In this document: piece after piece, positions 48,532 to 58,522 of the stretch
Layout of the letters: each line of letters starts with the position of its first letter
Position numbering within the stretch: the first letter of the stretch is position 1
Assembly (NCBI GenBank): GCA_035533075.1
Contig: DATLUO010000255.1
Location: 7,673 to 71,672, forward strand
DNA from: Pirellulales bacterium
Lineage (GTDB): Bacteria > Planctomycetota > Planctomycetia > Pirellulales > JAICIG01
Direction of reading: 5' to 3'
Length of the DNA: 64,000 bases
Made by a program: the position numbers and the translations under genes
The notes under the pieces: model-generated
Databases searched by the model: none
What the model was told of the DNA's origin: nothing
The model's input: the letters and a program-made list of their open reading frames with translations, nothing else

Positions 48532-49218
48532 ATGCGGAAACTGATTGAAGGCATCGTCAATTTTCGAGAGCAAGTGCTGCCGCAGTACGAGGAGCACTTT
48601 CGGCGCTTGTCGCAGGGGCAAACGCCCGACGCGCTGTTCATCACCTGTTCGGACAGCCGCGTCGTGCCCGACCTCTTGATGTCGACCGATCCGGGCGACC
48701 TGTTCGTGATGCGCAACGTCGGCAACCTGATTCCCCCGGCCACGATCGAAGGCAGCTCGACCGGCGACTTGTCGGAAGCCAGCGCCATCGAGTTCTCGGT
48801 GCTGGTGCTGGGGGTGCAGAGCATCGTCGTCTGCGGCCATTCCGAGTGCGGCGCCATGAAGGCGGCCATGGAGCGCAAGCCGACCTCGGAGACGCCGAAC
48901 CTCAACAAGTGGCTCCATCACTGCAACACCGCCCTGTTCCGGCTCGATCAGGAAGGACCGTTGAACCGAGCGCTGCCGGCTCACGACCAGCTCTCGCAGA
49001 TCAATGTGCTCGTGCAGCTCGAACATTTGATGTCGTACCCCATCGTCCGACAGCGCGTGCATGCGGGCGCCTTGCAGCTTGGCGGCTGGTGGTTCGACAT
49101 CGCCCAGGCGCGAATGCTCTCTTATGAGCGCGAGACGCGGGCCTTCGAGCCGATCGATCGCCGGGCGGCCGAGCGGCTGATGCAGCGGCTTGCCCCGGCC
49201 GGCACCCAGGAAGCGTGA
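48532..49218 (+). CDS. can: Beta-class carbonic anhydrase
   Basis: 228 aa. Zinc-ligand motifs CSDSRV and HSECGAM. Confidence 0.9.
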   Translation: MRKLIEGIVNFREQVLPQYEEHFRRLSQGQTPDALFITCSDSRVVPDLLMSTDPGDLFVMRNVGNLIPPATIEGSSTGDLSEASAIEFSVLVLGVQSIVVCGHSECGAMKAAMERKPTSETPNLNKWLHHCNTALFRLDQEGPLNRALPAHDQLSQINVLVQLEHLMSYPIVRQRVHAGALQLGGWWFDIAQARMLSYERETRAFEPIDRRAAERLMQRLAPAGTQEA

Positions 49219-49227
49219 GGTGAGAAC

Positions 49228-50424
49228 ATGATCGTAAAAATCGTCGTCGTCGGCATCGGTGATAACGGCGCCGAGAGCCTCTCGCGCGAAGCTCTGCGAC
49301 GGGTGTCGGAAGCCGAACTGCTGCTGGGCGGCGAGCGGCACCTGGGGTTCTTCGCCGATCACCAGGCCGAAAAGCTGGCGATACGCGACAATCTGAAAGA
49401 GATCGCCGCCCGGCTGCAAGTCGAAACGCGGCGCGTGGTCGTGCTCGCATCGGGCGATCCGCTGTTTTATGGCATCGCCGGCTATCTGGCCACGAAGGTC
49501 GGCCGCGACCGGCTGGAGGTGCTGCCGAACATTTCGTCGATGCAGCTCGCCTTCGCCCGACTGAAAGAATCGTGGCACGACGCGGCCCTGGTAAGCTGCC
49601 ACGCCAAGCCGATCGAAGACGCGATGGACGTCATTCGCGACGCCAAGAAGGTTGGCATTTTCACCGACGACGAGAACACGCCCGGCCGGATCGCCCGCGA
49701 GCTATTGAAGGCCGGCATCGGCGGATTCCGCGCCCACGTGTGCGAGAACCTGGGCGGCAGCGACGAGCGGGTCACATCGTGTGACCTGGCGGAGCTGGCC
49801 GAGCGCTCGTTTGCGCCGCTCAACGTGCTGGTGCTCATCAAGCAGGCTCAAACGCCGGCGATCCATCGCCGCGACTGGACGTTCGGCATTCCAGAAGAGG
49901 CTTTTTATCAGCGGCAGCCGCTGAAGGGACTGATCACCAAGACGGAAGTCCGCGTGCTCAGCCTGGCGAAGCTGCGGCTGCGGCCGGGCAACCTCGTGTG
50001 GGACATCGGGGCCGGATCCGGCTCGGTATCGATCGAGGCGGCCCTACTGGGAGCCAAGGTGTGGGCCATCGAGAAGAACAAGGAAGATTGCGAGATCATC
50101 CGCCGCAACATCGAGAAATTCGAGACGCCGCAGGTCACGGTCGTGCATGGCATCGCTCCCGCGGCGCTGACGGATTTGCCCGACCCCGATGCGGTGTTCA
50201 TTGGCGGCAGCGGCGGCGAAATGGCGGAGCTGGTGCGCCTCTGCCGCGAGCGTCTGACCGCCGGCGGGCGGCTGGCGATCAACGTGGCCACGCTGGAAAA
50301 CCTGGGCGAAGTGCCGGCCGACGACGTGACGCTCGTGCAGATCAGCCGCACTCGGCCGATTCTGAACCTGCACCGGTTGGAGGCACTCAACCCCGTGTTT
50401 GTCGCTTGCTGGGAGAAGCAATGA
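49228..50424 (+). CDS. cobL: Bifunctional cobalt-precorrin-7 (C5)-methyltransferase / cobalt-precorrin-6B (C15)-methyltransferase, decarboxylating (CbiE-CbiT fusion)
   Basis: 398 aa. CbiE half: VVVGIGDNG..VVVLASGDPLFYGI. CbiT half: ITKTEVRVLSLAKLRL..VWDIGAGSGSVSIEAA. Confidence 0.9.
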   Translation: MIVKIVVVGIGDNGAESLSREALRRVSEAELLLGGERHLGFFADHQAEKLAIRDNLKEIAARLQVETRRVVVLASGDPLFYGIAGYLATKVGRDRLEVLPNISSMQLAFARLKESWHDAALVSCHAKPIEDAMDVIRDAKKVGIFTDDENTPGRIARELLKAGIGGFRAHVCENLGGSDERVTSCDLAELAERSFAPLNVLVLIKQAQTPAIHRRDWTFGIPEEAFYQRQPLKGLITKTEVRVLSLAKLRLRPGNLVWDIGAGSGSVSIEAALLGAKVWAIEKNKEDCEIIRRNIEKFETPQVTVVHGIAPAALTDLPDPDAVFIGGSGGEMAELVRLCRERLTAGGRLAINVATLENLGEVPADDVTLVQISRTRPILNLHRLEALNPVFVACWEKQ

Positions 50425-50431
50425 CGTTGCC

Positions 50432-50499
50432 ATTTTGGATTTTGGATTTTCGATTTTGGATTCGTTCAATCCAAAATCGACAATCCAGAATCCAAAATC
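50432..50499. repeat. Heptamer (GATTTTG/CAAAATC) inverted-arm hairpin between the convergent cobL and hldE genes
   Basis: attttggattttggattttcgattttggatt (50432-50462), loop cgttca, atccaaaatcgacaatccagaatccaaaatc (50469-50499). Confidence 0.9.
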
Positions 50500-50501
50500 A
50501 A

Positions 50502-51935
50502 TCAAGTGGCCCGCTGGCTTTCAAGCAGGCGCGTGGTGCTCAGGCCCGGCACGAGCGGCAAGGTGACCACTTTGCCGCCGCGGCCGATCACGAAATCGGC
50601 CCCCGCGATTTGCGCAGCCGTGTAATCGTCGCCCTTCACTAAAATGTCGGGAGCCAGATGCCGCACCAACTGTTCCGGCCGCTCTTCGTCGAAAATGACC
50701 ACGGCATCGACACACGCCAGGCCGGCCAAGAGCGCGGCGCGGTGGTCGTGCGAGATCACCGGCCGCGTGGGGCCTTTGTTGGCCTTCACCGAACTGTCGG
50801 AATTCAGCCCCACCACCAGCACCTCGCCGAGCTGCCGCGAACGCTCCAGGCACGAGAGGTGTCCCGCGTGCAGAAGATCGAAGCAGCCGTTGGTGAACAC
50901 CACCCGCTTGCCGTGCTGCTGGGCCGCCTGCACCAGCTTCTTGGCGCCGGCCCAGTCGAGCACCTTCGGCGACAGCCCGCGGTAGACCGCGTCGAGCTCG
51001 GCCGCGTGGACGACATAGGTGCCCGGCTTGCCGACCGCGATGCCCGCCGCCAGCACCGACAATCGGCAGGCCGATTCCATCTCCCATCCCGCGGCCAGGC
51101 AGGCCGCCAAGACCGCCACGACCGTGTCGCCCGCACCCGTGACGTCGGCCACTTCGCGGGCCTCGGCGGGAATATGCGCGACGCCATGTTCGGAGGCGAC
51201 CGTCATGCCGTCGGGGCCGCGCGTGACCACCATGGTATCGAGCGCGAGCCGCTCGCGCAATTCGGCGGCGGCGGCGGCGAAGTCGTCGTCGCCTTGGATG
51301 CGCCGGCTGAGGGCCCGTTCGGCTTCCATTTGGTTGGGGGCCAACAAGGTCGCGCCGGCATAGGACGCGAAATCGTGCTTTTTGCCGTCGACCAGGCAGG
51401 GTACTCCGGTGTCGCGGCAATGCCCGATCAGTCGCCGCAGCAAGCCGTCGTCGAGGGTGCCCTTGTCATAGTCGGCCAACACCACCACGCCATGATTGGC
51501 AACTTCAGACAACAGCCGCGGGGCGATTTCGGCAGCGGCCGCAGTCAAGGCTTCGCGGGATCCTTCGCGGTCGAGCCTGACGAGCTGCTGAAAGGCGCCG
51601 GCGATGATGCGGGTCTTGGAGATGGTGGTGGCCAGCGGGGCCGCATACAGCTCGTCGGTCAGCAGGGCGTTCTGAGAAAGGATCTCGCGCAGCGTTTGGC
51701 CATCGGCGTCGACACCGATCACGCCGGCCAACGTCGCCCGGCAGCCCAGGCCGGCCAGCGATGCCGCCACGTGTCCGGCGCCGCCGGCGCAGCAATGTTC
51801 CTGTCGCACATTGACCACGGGCACGGGCGCTTCGGGCGAAATGCGATCGACGTGGCCGGCGATGCGGCGGTCGAGCATTACGTCACCGACGACCAAGGCG
51901 GATACTTGCCCCTCGAACTCGCGGACTGATTGCAT
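50502..51935 (-). CDS. hldE: Bifunctional D-glycero-beta-D-manno-heptose-7-phosphate kinase / heptose-1-phosphate adenylyltransferase
   Basis: Start at ATG 51935 (MQSVREFEGQVSALVVGDVMLDR); the ORF is open to 52013. Kinase half with GAGDT. Cytidylyltransferase half: VFTNGCFDLLHAGHLSCL. Confidence 0.9.
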   Translation of the reverse strand: MQSVREFEGQVSALVVGDVMLDRRIAGHVDRISPEAPVPVVNVRQEHCCAGGAGHVAASLAGLGCRATLAGVIGVDADGQTLREILSQNALLTDELYAAPLATTISKTRIIAGAFQQLVRLDREGSREALTAAAAEIAPRLLSEVANHGVVVLADYDKGTLDDGLLRRLIGHCRDTGVPCLVDGKKHDFASYAGATLLAPNQMEAERALSRRIQGDDDFAAAAAELRERLALDTMVVTRGPDGMTVASEHGVAHIPAEAREVADVTGAGDTVVAVLAACLAAGWEMESACRLSVLAAGIAVGKPGTYVVHAAELDAVYRGLSPKVLDWAGAKKLVQAAQQHGKRVVFTNGCFDLLHAGHLSCLERSRQLGEVLVVGLNSDSSVKANKGPTRPVISHDHRAALLAGLACVDAVVIFDEERPEQLVRHLAPDILVKGDDYTAAQIAGADFVIGRGGKVVTLPLVPGLSTTRLLESQRAT

Positions 51936-52347
51936 GGAAAAGCGTGAGCCGGATTGCCCACCCCGGAGAGGATGCGAATCCTCAAGTTTATTTGCGGCCA
52001 CGCCGGTTGCCAAGCCGCCCGGCTGCGATCTAAGATCCGCAAAAACCCGCGGAAACGGCCGGTCCTAAAATTTTCAAGATAGGTACTTGCAATCCTCGCA
52101 GTTCCGATTATCATTACGGCCAGCGTTACTTTCCTATTTTGCCAGCCAGCGCGTGGCGGCAAAATCTTCCGCCCCACGCGGGGCCATTTCCAGTGGGGTA
52201 CTGCGGCAGCCGTGGAAGGCTGCTGGGTCTAGCCCATGGAAGGCAACGGTATGCCCGCCAGAAACCGGCACGAACACCGGTGGAGTTTTTTTCTGCTTCG
52301 AACGTTAACTGACTAACACCTTATTTTCGCACCCGGAGGAACCAATC

Positions 52348-55300
52348 ATGCAGACATGGCCCCGCAACCCGCTACGGAAGAAAAAGAGCAGCAAGTCAAA
52401 CACAAAAAGCAGCAGCAACCGCCGCCGGCTTAGTTTTCAGGGGCGAGCCGAATCCCTGGAAACGAGGTTGATGTTGTCGATCACCGCGGTGACGCCCCAG
52501 GCGATCTCCGTAGCCGAAGGCACGGTGGCCACCGAAACGGCCACCTTCACGGCCTCGGATACCGGACCTTTTACCGCGACCATTGCTTGGGGCGACGGCA
52601 GCGTTAGCGCCGGCGCCGTCAGCGGCGCGGCGAGCCCTTTCACCGTCACGGGCACGCACACCTATCTGGACGAACTGGCCGGCACGGCCACCGTCACGGT
52701 CAGCGACACCTTCGATTCGACCTCGAATTCCGGGACTGCCGCGGCCACCATAAGCGAGGCCGACACGCTGACGATCAAGAGCACGCCCACGATCGGCGCC
52801 ACCGAAGGAACGGCCTTCAGCAGCACCGCGCTGGCCACGTTCACCACCAGCTACGCCGCCAACCCGACCAGCGACTTCTCGGCCACGATCGACTGGGGCG
52901 ACGGCAGCAGCGCAACGGCGGGCACCGTCACTGGCTCCGCCGGCACGCTGACCGTCGGCGGCACTCACCTCTATACCGATGAACTGGCGGCGGGAACCAC
53001 CGCCACGGTCCTCTTGAGCGACGACTCGCCGGGTACGGCCACCGCCGTCGCCACCGGCACCGCCGCCGTGTCCGAAGCCGATACGCTGACGGCCCTGACG
53101 ACGCCGGCCATCAGCGCCACCGAAGGCACGACCTTTACCAGCGCTGCCTTGGCCACGTTCAGCAGCAGCTATGCCAGCAACGCGGCCAGCGACTTCACGG
53201 CCACGATCGCCTGGGGCGATGGCTCGATGAGCGCGGGCACCGTCACCGGCACGGGCGCCGCGCTCACCGTCGGCGGCACTCACCTCTATACCGACGAAAT
53301 GTCGGCGGGAACCACCGCCACGGTCCTCTTGAGTGACGGCTCGCCGGGTACGGCCACCGCCGTCGCCACCGGCACCGCCGCCGTGTCCGAAGCCGATACG
53401 CTGACGGCCGCCGCCACGGCGGTCACGGCCACCGCCACGGCGAACAGCACCTTCACGGGCCACGTGGCCACGTTTACCACCAGCTACACCGCCAACCCGA
53501 CCAGCGACTTCTCGGCCGTGATCAACTGGGGCGACGGCGCGTCGAGCACCGTCACCGGCGCCGGCGGCTCGATCACGGGGTCGGGCGGCACGCTGAGCGT
53601 GACGGGGAGCCATGTTTACACCACTGCGGGTCCGGAAACGGCGACCGTCGTGCTGCACGACGAAGCGCCGGGCACCGCCTCGGCCACGACCACCGCCACG
53701 ATCACGGTCAGTGCGCCGGCCGCCGCCACGATCACGCCCGTGACCACACCCACCATCAGCGCCACCGAAGGCACGGCCTTCAGCAGCACGGCCGTGGCCA
53801 CGTTCAGCGACACCGACCACACCGCGGTGGCCAGCGACTTTACGGCCGCCATCAACTGGGGCGACGGCAGCAGCGCAACGGCGGGCACGGTCACCGGCTC
53901 GGCGGGCACGTTCACCGTCGGCGGCAGTCACCTCTACTCGGATGAACTGGCGACAGGCACCGCCACGGTCACCTTGACCGAGACCACGCCCAACACCGCC
54001 ACAGGCGTGGCCACCGGCACGGCCAGCGCGGCCGAGGCCGATACGCTAACGGCCGTTAGCGCTCCGCCGATTTCCACGACCGAGGGCGCGACCGCCACGG
54101 CGACGGCCGTCTTTGCCGCCACCGGCTACTTGGGCAACGCGCCCAGCGATTTCTCGGCCACCATCAACTGGGGCGACGGCAGCTCGCTGAGCACCGTCAC
54201 GCCGGGTGGCACCCTGGCGGCCATGACCGTCAGCGGCACTCACGTCTACAAAGATGAAGGCGCTTTCACGGTCACCATTACCGCGACCGATGACGCGCCC
54301 GGCACGGCCATGGCCTCGCTCACCGCCAATGCAACTGTGGCCGAGGGCGACGCGCTGACCGCCGGCCCTTCGGCTACATACACCGTCGCGACCGCTTCGC
54401 CCTTCAGCGGCACGGTGGCCACCTTCAGCAACACCGGCTATCCCGCCAACCCGGCCAGCGACTTTACGGCCGAGATCCACTGGGGCGACGGCAACAGCAG
54501 CGCGGGTGCGGTGAGTCTCTCGGGAGGCACGCTGACCGTTCAAGGGACCCACACTTACGCCGCGACGGGCACCGACACCGCAACCGTCGTCATCTCCGAC
54601 GACTCGCCGGGCACGGCCAGCGCCACGGCTACCGCGACGTTCACCGTGGCCAGCACGGCCGTCCCGGTAATTACGGCCGTGAGTGGGCCCACCATCACCG
54701 CCACCGAAGGTACGACCTTCAGCAGCACGGCCGTGGCCACCTTCAGCGACACGGATGGCAGCGCCGTGGCCAGTGACTTTACGGCCACGATCAACTGGGG
54801 CGATGGCAGCAGCGCAACGGCGGGCACGGTCACCGGCTCGGCGGGCAGCTTCACGGTCGGCGGCAGCCACCTCTACGCCGATGAAGTGTCGGCCGGTGCT
54901 GCCTCGGTCGTCTTGACCCAGACCACGCCGAGCACTGCCACGGGCACCGCTACCGGCACGGCCGGCGCGGCCGAGGCCGATGTGCTGGCGGCAGGCACGG
55001 CGGTCACGGCTACCGCCACGGAAAACGGCACCTTCAGCGGTACGGTGGCTACGTTCACCAACACCGGCTATCCCACCAACCCGGCAAGTGACTTTACGGC
55101 CACGATCAACTGGGGCGACAGCACCAGCAGCACGGGTACGGTGAGTCTGGCCAGCGGCACGCTCACCGTGGCGGGAAGCCATGTTTACAGCACGACTGGT
55201 ACGGAAACGGTCACTATCGTCCTGAAAGACGACGCGCCGGGCACGGCCAGTGCGACGGCCACGGCAACCATCACCGTGTCCGCCCCCGCCCCGGCCCCTG

Positions 55301-56502
55301 TGCTGACGATCGCCAAGACCGGCACGCCGGCGACGATCGCCGCCGGCGGCACCGAGACGTATACCGTTACGATCTCCAACACCGGCAACCTCGCGGCCAC
55401 GACCACGGCGTTTACCGACACGCTGCCGGCCGGCGAGACGTTTGTTTCGGCGACGGACTCGCTGGGCGGGACGGTGACCAACACCAACGGCACGCTCAGC
55501 GAAGCCATTGGCTCATTGGCCGCCTCAGCCACGGACACCATCACGATCGTGGTCACGGTCGGCAGCTCCTTGGCCGGGACAACCGTGACCAACACTGCCA
55601 GCGTCTCCGCCACGAATTTCAACGGCGGCGTGGCGATCACCTCCGCGTTCCCGATCACCGTCAGCACGACCACCGTCGTCACCGGCGTCGGGTTCTTGTC
55701 CGGCGTGCCGGGCGACGGAACGGAGCAGACGTTCGTGCGGAACCTCTATCGCGAGTTGTTGGGCCGCGAGCCCGACTCCTCCGGCGAGGCCTTCTGGCTC
55801 TCTTACCTCAGCGCGCACGACAACGCCGCGGGTCGGCAGCAGGTGATTCAGGCCTTCATGAACTCGCCCGAGTATGCGATCCACTACATCACGACCGCAT
55901 ACAACGTCATTCTGCACCGCGCGCCGGATGCCGGCGGTTTGGCCTTCTGGACCGGCAAGATGGGTCAGCCGGGCACGCCGGGGCAGAACGCCGGCAGCGC
56001 CGATGAAAAGTTCATCATCGCCGCGCTGTACGGTTCGGACGAGTTCTACCTCGACTCGGGCAGCACGCCCCAAGGCTGGATCAACGCCCTTTATATGGAC
56101 ATCTTGGGACGCCCGGCTGACGGCGGCGGCCTGACGTTCTGGACGAACGAGCTCAAGACCCGCGGTGCCGGCGACCGCGACGGCATCGTCCGCGATTTGC
56201 TGACCACGAAAGAAGCCGCGCACGACCTGCTCGACAGCTTCTATCCGGCGGCGGGCGGCACGGCCAGCACGCCGTTGACCGCGCCGGGCACGACGGCCGG
56301 CACTGGAATGACCGAGCTGGCGCTGCTCACCGGCGCCGGTTGGGAAAACCTCTATCTGGAGGGAGCGTATGGCAGCTCGCCGCAGGGCAACGACGGCTTC
56401 TTCGCTTCGCTGGCGGGCAACGGAAACTGGGACGACATCCAGTTGCTGATCCTCGAAAGCGGCCAGTTCTACAGCAACGCCAACCGGCCCGTCACGTCGT
56501 AG
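52348..56502 (+). CDS. Giant secreted repeat protein: nine PKD-like 'xWGDGS' modules, a DUF11-like repeat, and C-terminal DUF4214
   Basis: GGAGGA lies 7 nt before ATG 52348. N-terminus: ..NRRRLSFQGRAESLETRLMLS. Nine modules of about 105-115 aa each contain (T/S)A.I.WGD(G/S).. and G(T/S)H.Y. DUF11-like: TIAKTGTPATIAAGGTETYTVTISNTGN. DUF4214: FVRNLYRELLGREPDSSGEAFW. Confidence 0.9.
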   Translation: MQTWPRNPLRKKKSSKSNTKSSSNRRRLSFQGRAESLETRLMLSITAVTPQAISVAEGTVATETATFTASDTGPFTATIAWGDGSVSAGAVSGAASPFTVTGTHTYLDELAGTATVTVSDTFDSTSNSGTAAATISEADTLTIKSTPTIGATEGTAFSSTALATFTTSYAANPTSDFSATIDWGDGSSATAGTVTGSAGTLTVGGTHLYTDELAAGTTATVLLSDDSPGTATAVATGTAAVSEADTLTALTTPAISATEGTTFTSAALATFSSSYASNAASDFTATIAWGDGSMSAGTVTGTGAALTVGGTHLYTDEMSAGTTATVLLSDGSPGTATAVATGTAAVSEADTLTAAATAVTATATANSTFTGHVATFTTSYTANPTSDFSAVINWGDGASSTVTGAGGSITGSGGTLSVTGSHVYTTAGPETATVVLHDEAPGTASATTTATITVSAPAAATITPVTTPTISATEGTAFSSTAVATFSDTDHTAVASDFTAAINWGDGSSATAGTVTGSAGTFTVGGSHLYSDELATGTATVTLTETTPNTATGVATGTASAAEADTLTAVSAPPISTTEGATATATAVFAATGYLGNAPSDFSATINWGDGSSLSTVTPGGTLAAMTVSGTHVYKDEGAFTVTITATDDAPGTAMASLTANATVAEGDALTAGPSATYTVATASPFSGTVATFSNTGYPANPASDFTAEIHWGDGNSSAGAVSLSGGTLTVQGTHTYAATGTDTATVVISDDSPGTASATATATFTVASTAVPVITAVSGPTITATEGTTFSSTAVATFSDTDGSAVASDFTATINWGDGSSATAGTVTGSAGSFTVGGSHLYADEVSAGAASVVLTQTTPSTATGTATGTAGAAEADVLAAGTAVTATATENGTFSGTVATFTNTGYPTNPASDFTATINWGDSTSSTGTVSLASGTLTVAGSHVYSTTGTETVTIVLKDDAPGTASATATATITVSAPAPAPVLTIAKTGTPATIAAGGTETYTVTISNTGNLAATTTAFTDTLPAGETFVSATDSLGGTVTNTNGTLSEAIGSLAASATDTITIVVTVGSSLAGTTVTNTASVSATNFNGGVAITSAFPITVSTTTVVTGVGFLSGVPGDGTEQTFVRNLYRELLGREPDSSGEAFWLSYLSAHDNAAGRQQVIQAFMNSPEYAIHYITTAYNVILHRAPDAGGLAFWTGKMGQPGTPGQNAGSADEKFIIAALYGSDEFYLDSGSTPQGWINALYMDILGRPADGGGLTFWTNELKTRGAGDRDGIVRDLLTTKEAAHDLLDSFYPAAGGTASTPLTAPGTTAGTGMTELALLTGAGWENLYLEGAYGSSPQGNDGFFASLAGNGNWDDIQLLILESGQFYSNANRPVTS

Positions 56503-56539
56503 CGCGTGCCGAGCAGTGTTGGAGAGGTAATTCGAGCAA

Positions 56540-56577
56540 CGCCCGCGGGCCGCTCATGGTGGCCCGCGGGCGGTTTT
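56540..56577 (+). terminator. Rho-independent terminator after the giant repeat-protein gene
   Basis: A 12-bp perfect stem, cgcccgcgggcc (56540-56551) pairing with ggcccgcgggcg (56561-56572), with a 9-nt loop. TTTT follows at 56574-56577. Confidence 0.75.
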
Positions 56578-56601
56578 ATGCGCTCGCGCTTTGTCAGCGG
56601 T

Positions 56602-57576
56602 CTACCGCTTGAGGATTTGTTGCACCACCGCCGCCAGCCGTCGACCGCCCAGGGCCGCTTGGCGGTGGGCGACGTCGCGGGCCGTGGCCGCATAACCGGC
56701 CGGTAAGACGGGCACCTCATGCACGTCCACTTCTTTGCGTTCGACCAGGCGGTAATCGACGATCGGCAACCGGCCGTTGAGATAGGCGAATTCCACCGCC
56801 GCCTGATAGCTCTCATCGGCCCACGATTGCACCGTCTCGTGGCTGCGGAAGCGGGCGGCCAGGTCGCGGTCCGATTCCGCGCCGGCTTCGATGCGCTTGG
56901 CCAGCTCTTCCAAAGCCCGCGCGTGCGTATTGGTGCCCAATAAGTGGTCCCAGAACGTGTGCAGCGGCTCGGCGCGCTTGTGCGGATTGATCGCCACAAG
57001 ATTGCCCCCCTCGTCTCCCTTGGGCGGCGGAAAGCGCCGCGAAACCAGACTGGCGCAGTGCAGCGGTTGGTGAATGTCGCCCACCAAGTGCAGCACCCAG
57101 CAGAAGTGGATCGCCTGCTCCTGCGGACCGCCTTCACCGCTGTTCAGCGATTCCCAGGCCTCGTTCAAGGCGGTGATCACGTTGGGCGCCTCCGGCCGCA
57201 AATCGGCCGCGGCAAACTCGCGGGCTTGCTCCGGCGCCACGAAAGGAAGATTGATGTAATGCCAGTTCGCATGATGATACGCGGCCAAATCGCGCTCGTG
57301 GTGTTCGCGGCTCTCGCGGACCCAGTCGGGCCAGGTCGCCGCCCGCAGAAAGGCCCACTCGTCGATCGGCACATCGTCGGGCCGCTGCTGCGTGAGATAC
57401 CGCGCATAGTGTGGATGGGCGGCGAGTAATCGGTGGGCGGCCTGCCGTTGCGCCGGGTCGAGCCGCTTCCAAGCCAGCAAGGCGACGGCCATGTGGCCGG
57501 TGCTGTTCCAGCCTGAGGCCGGAGCGGCACACGCACAAACCATGAAAAGCAACAGGGCGATTCGAGCGAGCTTCAT
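56602..57576 (-). CDS. S1/P1 nuclease family protein (secreted)
   Basis: 324 aa. Signal peptide, then WNSTGHMAVA, ..WHYINLPF.., HLVGDIHQPLHC, GGN, FWDHLLG. Confidence 0.88.
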   Translation of the reverse strand: MKLARIALLLFMVCACAAPASGWNSTGHMAVALLAWKRLDPAQRQAAHRLLAAHPHYARYLTQQRPDDVPIDEWAFLRAATWPDWVRESREHHERDLAAYHHANWHYINLPFVAPEQAREFAAADLRPEAPNVITALNEAWESLNSGEGGPQEQAIHFCWVLHLVGDIHQPLHCASLVSRRFPPPKGDEGGNLVAINPHKRAEPLHTFWDHLLGTNTHARALEELAKRIEAGAESDRDLAARFRSHETVQSWADESYQAAVEFAYLNGRLPIVDYRLVERKEVDVHEVPVLPAGYAATARDVAHRQAALGGRRLAAVVQQILKR

Positions 57577-57725
57577 AAGGCGTACCTGAGGGTTTGTTTA
57601 TTGAACGAGGCCGGCATTTTAGCGATGGGAGCCAATTCGGGATGCGCCGACCGACTGGCCTGTTTTTTGCACGAAAGTGAGGCCGGGCGTGCGGGTGGTT
57701 ATCTTTTTAAGGGAGGTGCAGCGGC

Positions 57726-58466
57726 ATGGGAACTCGATTTGGGATTCAGGCGGCGGTCCGGCGGACTTCTCTGGTCGCCGCGATTTCTGTGTTCGCGGCG
57801 GCGTCGGCCCTCGGTCAGGCGGACCGTGGTCCCAGCGACTTTTTTGACCGCGACCAGTATGGCCATCGCTATCGCGACCAGGTGTTCGACGACGACCGCA
57901 GTTACAGCGAGGCCTATCCCTATGTGCCGGAGACGCGGCGGCGGTCTGGGCCGCCGCGCGAAGAGGCGCCGCCGCCGCGTGCGCGGCGCCGGCCCCGATA
58001 TCGTGACGACGGGGTCATTCGCAACGACTATGCCGGCGCGCCGGTCTACCGGCATTACTACGGCGGCGTTGACCGGTACGATTCGCCCGGCTACCTCGAC
58101 CAGGCCGGCCGGGCCAGCGCCTTGGCGAACGGCTATTCGCGCCGCGGCGTAGAAGAATTCCACGATGGGTACGGCCGCGGCGTTCGGACCAACGACGTCT
58201 ATCCGTTGCAGCGCGACGTCGATCCGCGCCGCTATCGCGGTCGCGACCTGAACGGTTCGATCTCGGCCGACGACGTAGATTCGTCGGGTGCTAGCGACAT
58301 CGAAGACTTCGTCCGCTCGGAGCTCTCGGTGCGTCCCGGCGCGAACCTGCGCGTGTCGAGCACGGGCACGTACACCTTCAGGAACTATCTGGACCAAGGC
58401 AACCAGGTTCACGCCCGGTTCCGGCAGCCGATTCACAAACGTTGGGAATACGGGCGCGGCCCTTGA
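57726..58466 (+). CDS. Secreted low-complexity R/D/Y/G-rich hypothetical protein
   Basis: 246 aa. Signal peptide ..VAAISVFAAASALGQA. Repetitive RD/YR/GY composition. No family recognised. Confidence 0.55.
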   Translation: MGTRFGIQAAVRRTSLVAAISVFAAASALGQADRGPSDFFDRDQYGHRYRDQVFDDDRSYSEAYPYVPETRRRSGPPREEAPPPRARRRPRYRDDGVIRNDYAGAPVYRHYYGGVDRYDSPGYLDQAGRASALANGYSRRGVEEFHDGYGRGVRTNDVYPLQRDVDPRRYRGRDLNGSISADDVDSSGASDIEDFVRSELSVRPGANLRVSSTGTYTFRNYLDQGNQVHARFRQPIHKRWEYGRGP

Positions 58467-58479
58467 TGGGGAACTTGGA

Positions 58480-58514
58480 CGTAAGGTTGGCCGGCGAGCT
58501 TGCCCCACCTTACG
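58480..58514. repeat. Short REP-like palindrome
   Basis: cgtaaggttggccggcgagcttgccccaccttacg. Confidence 0.8.
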
Positions 58515-58522
58515 CCTTGCAG

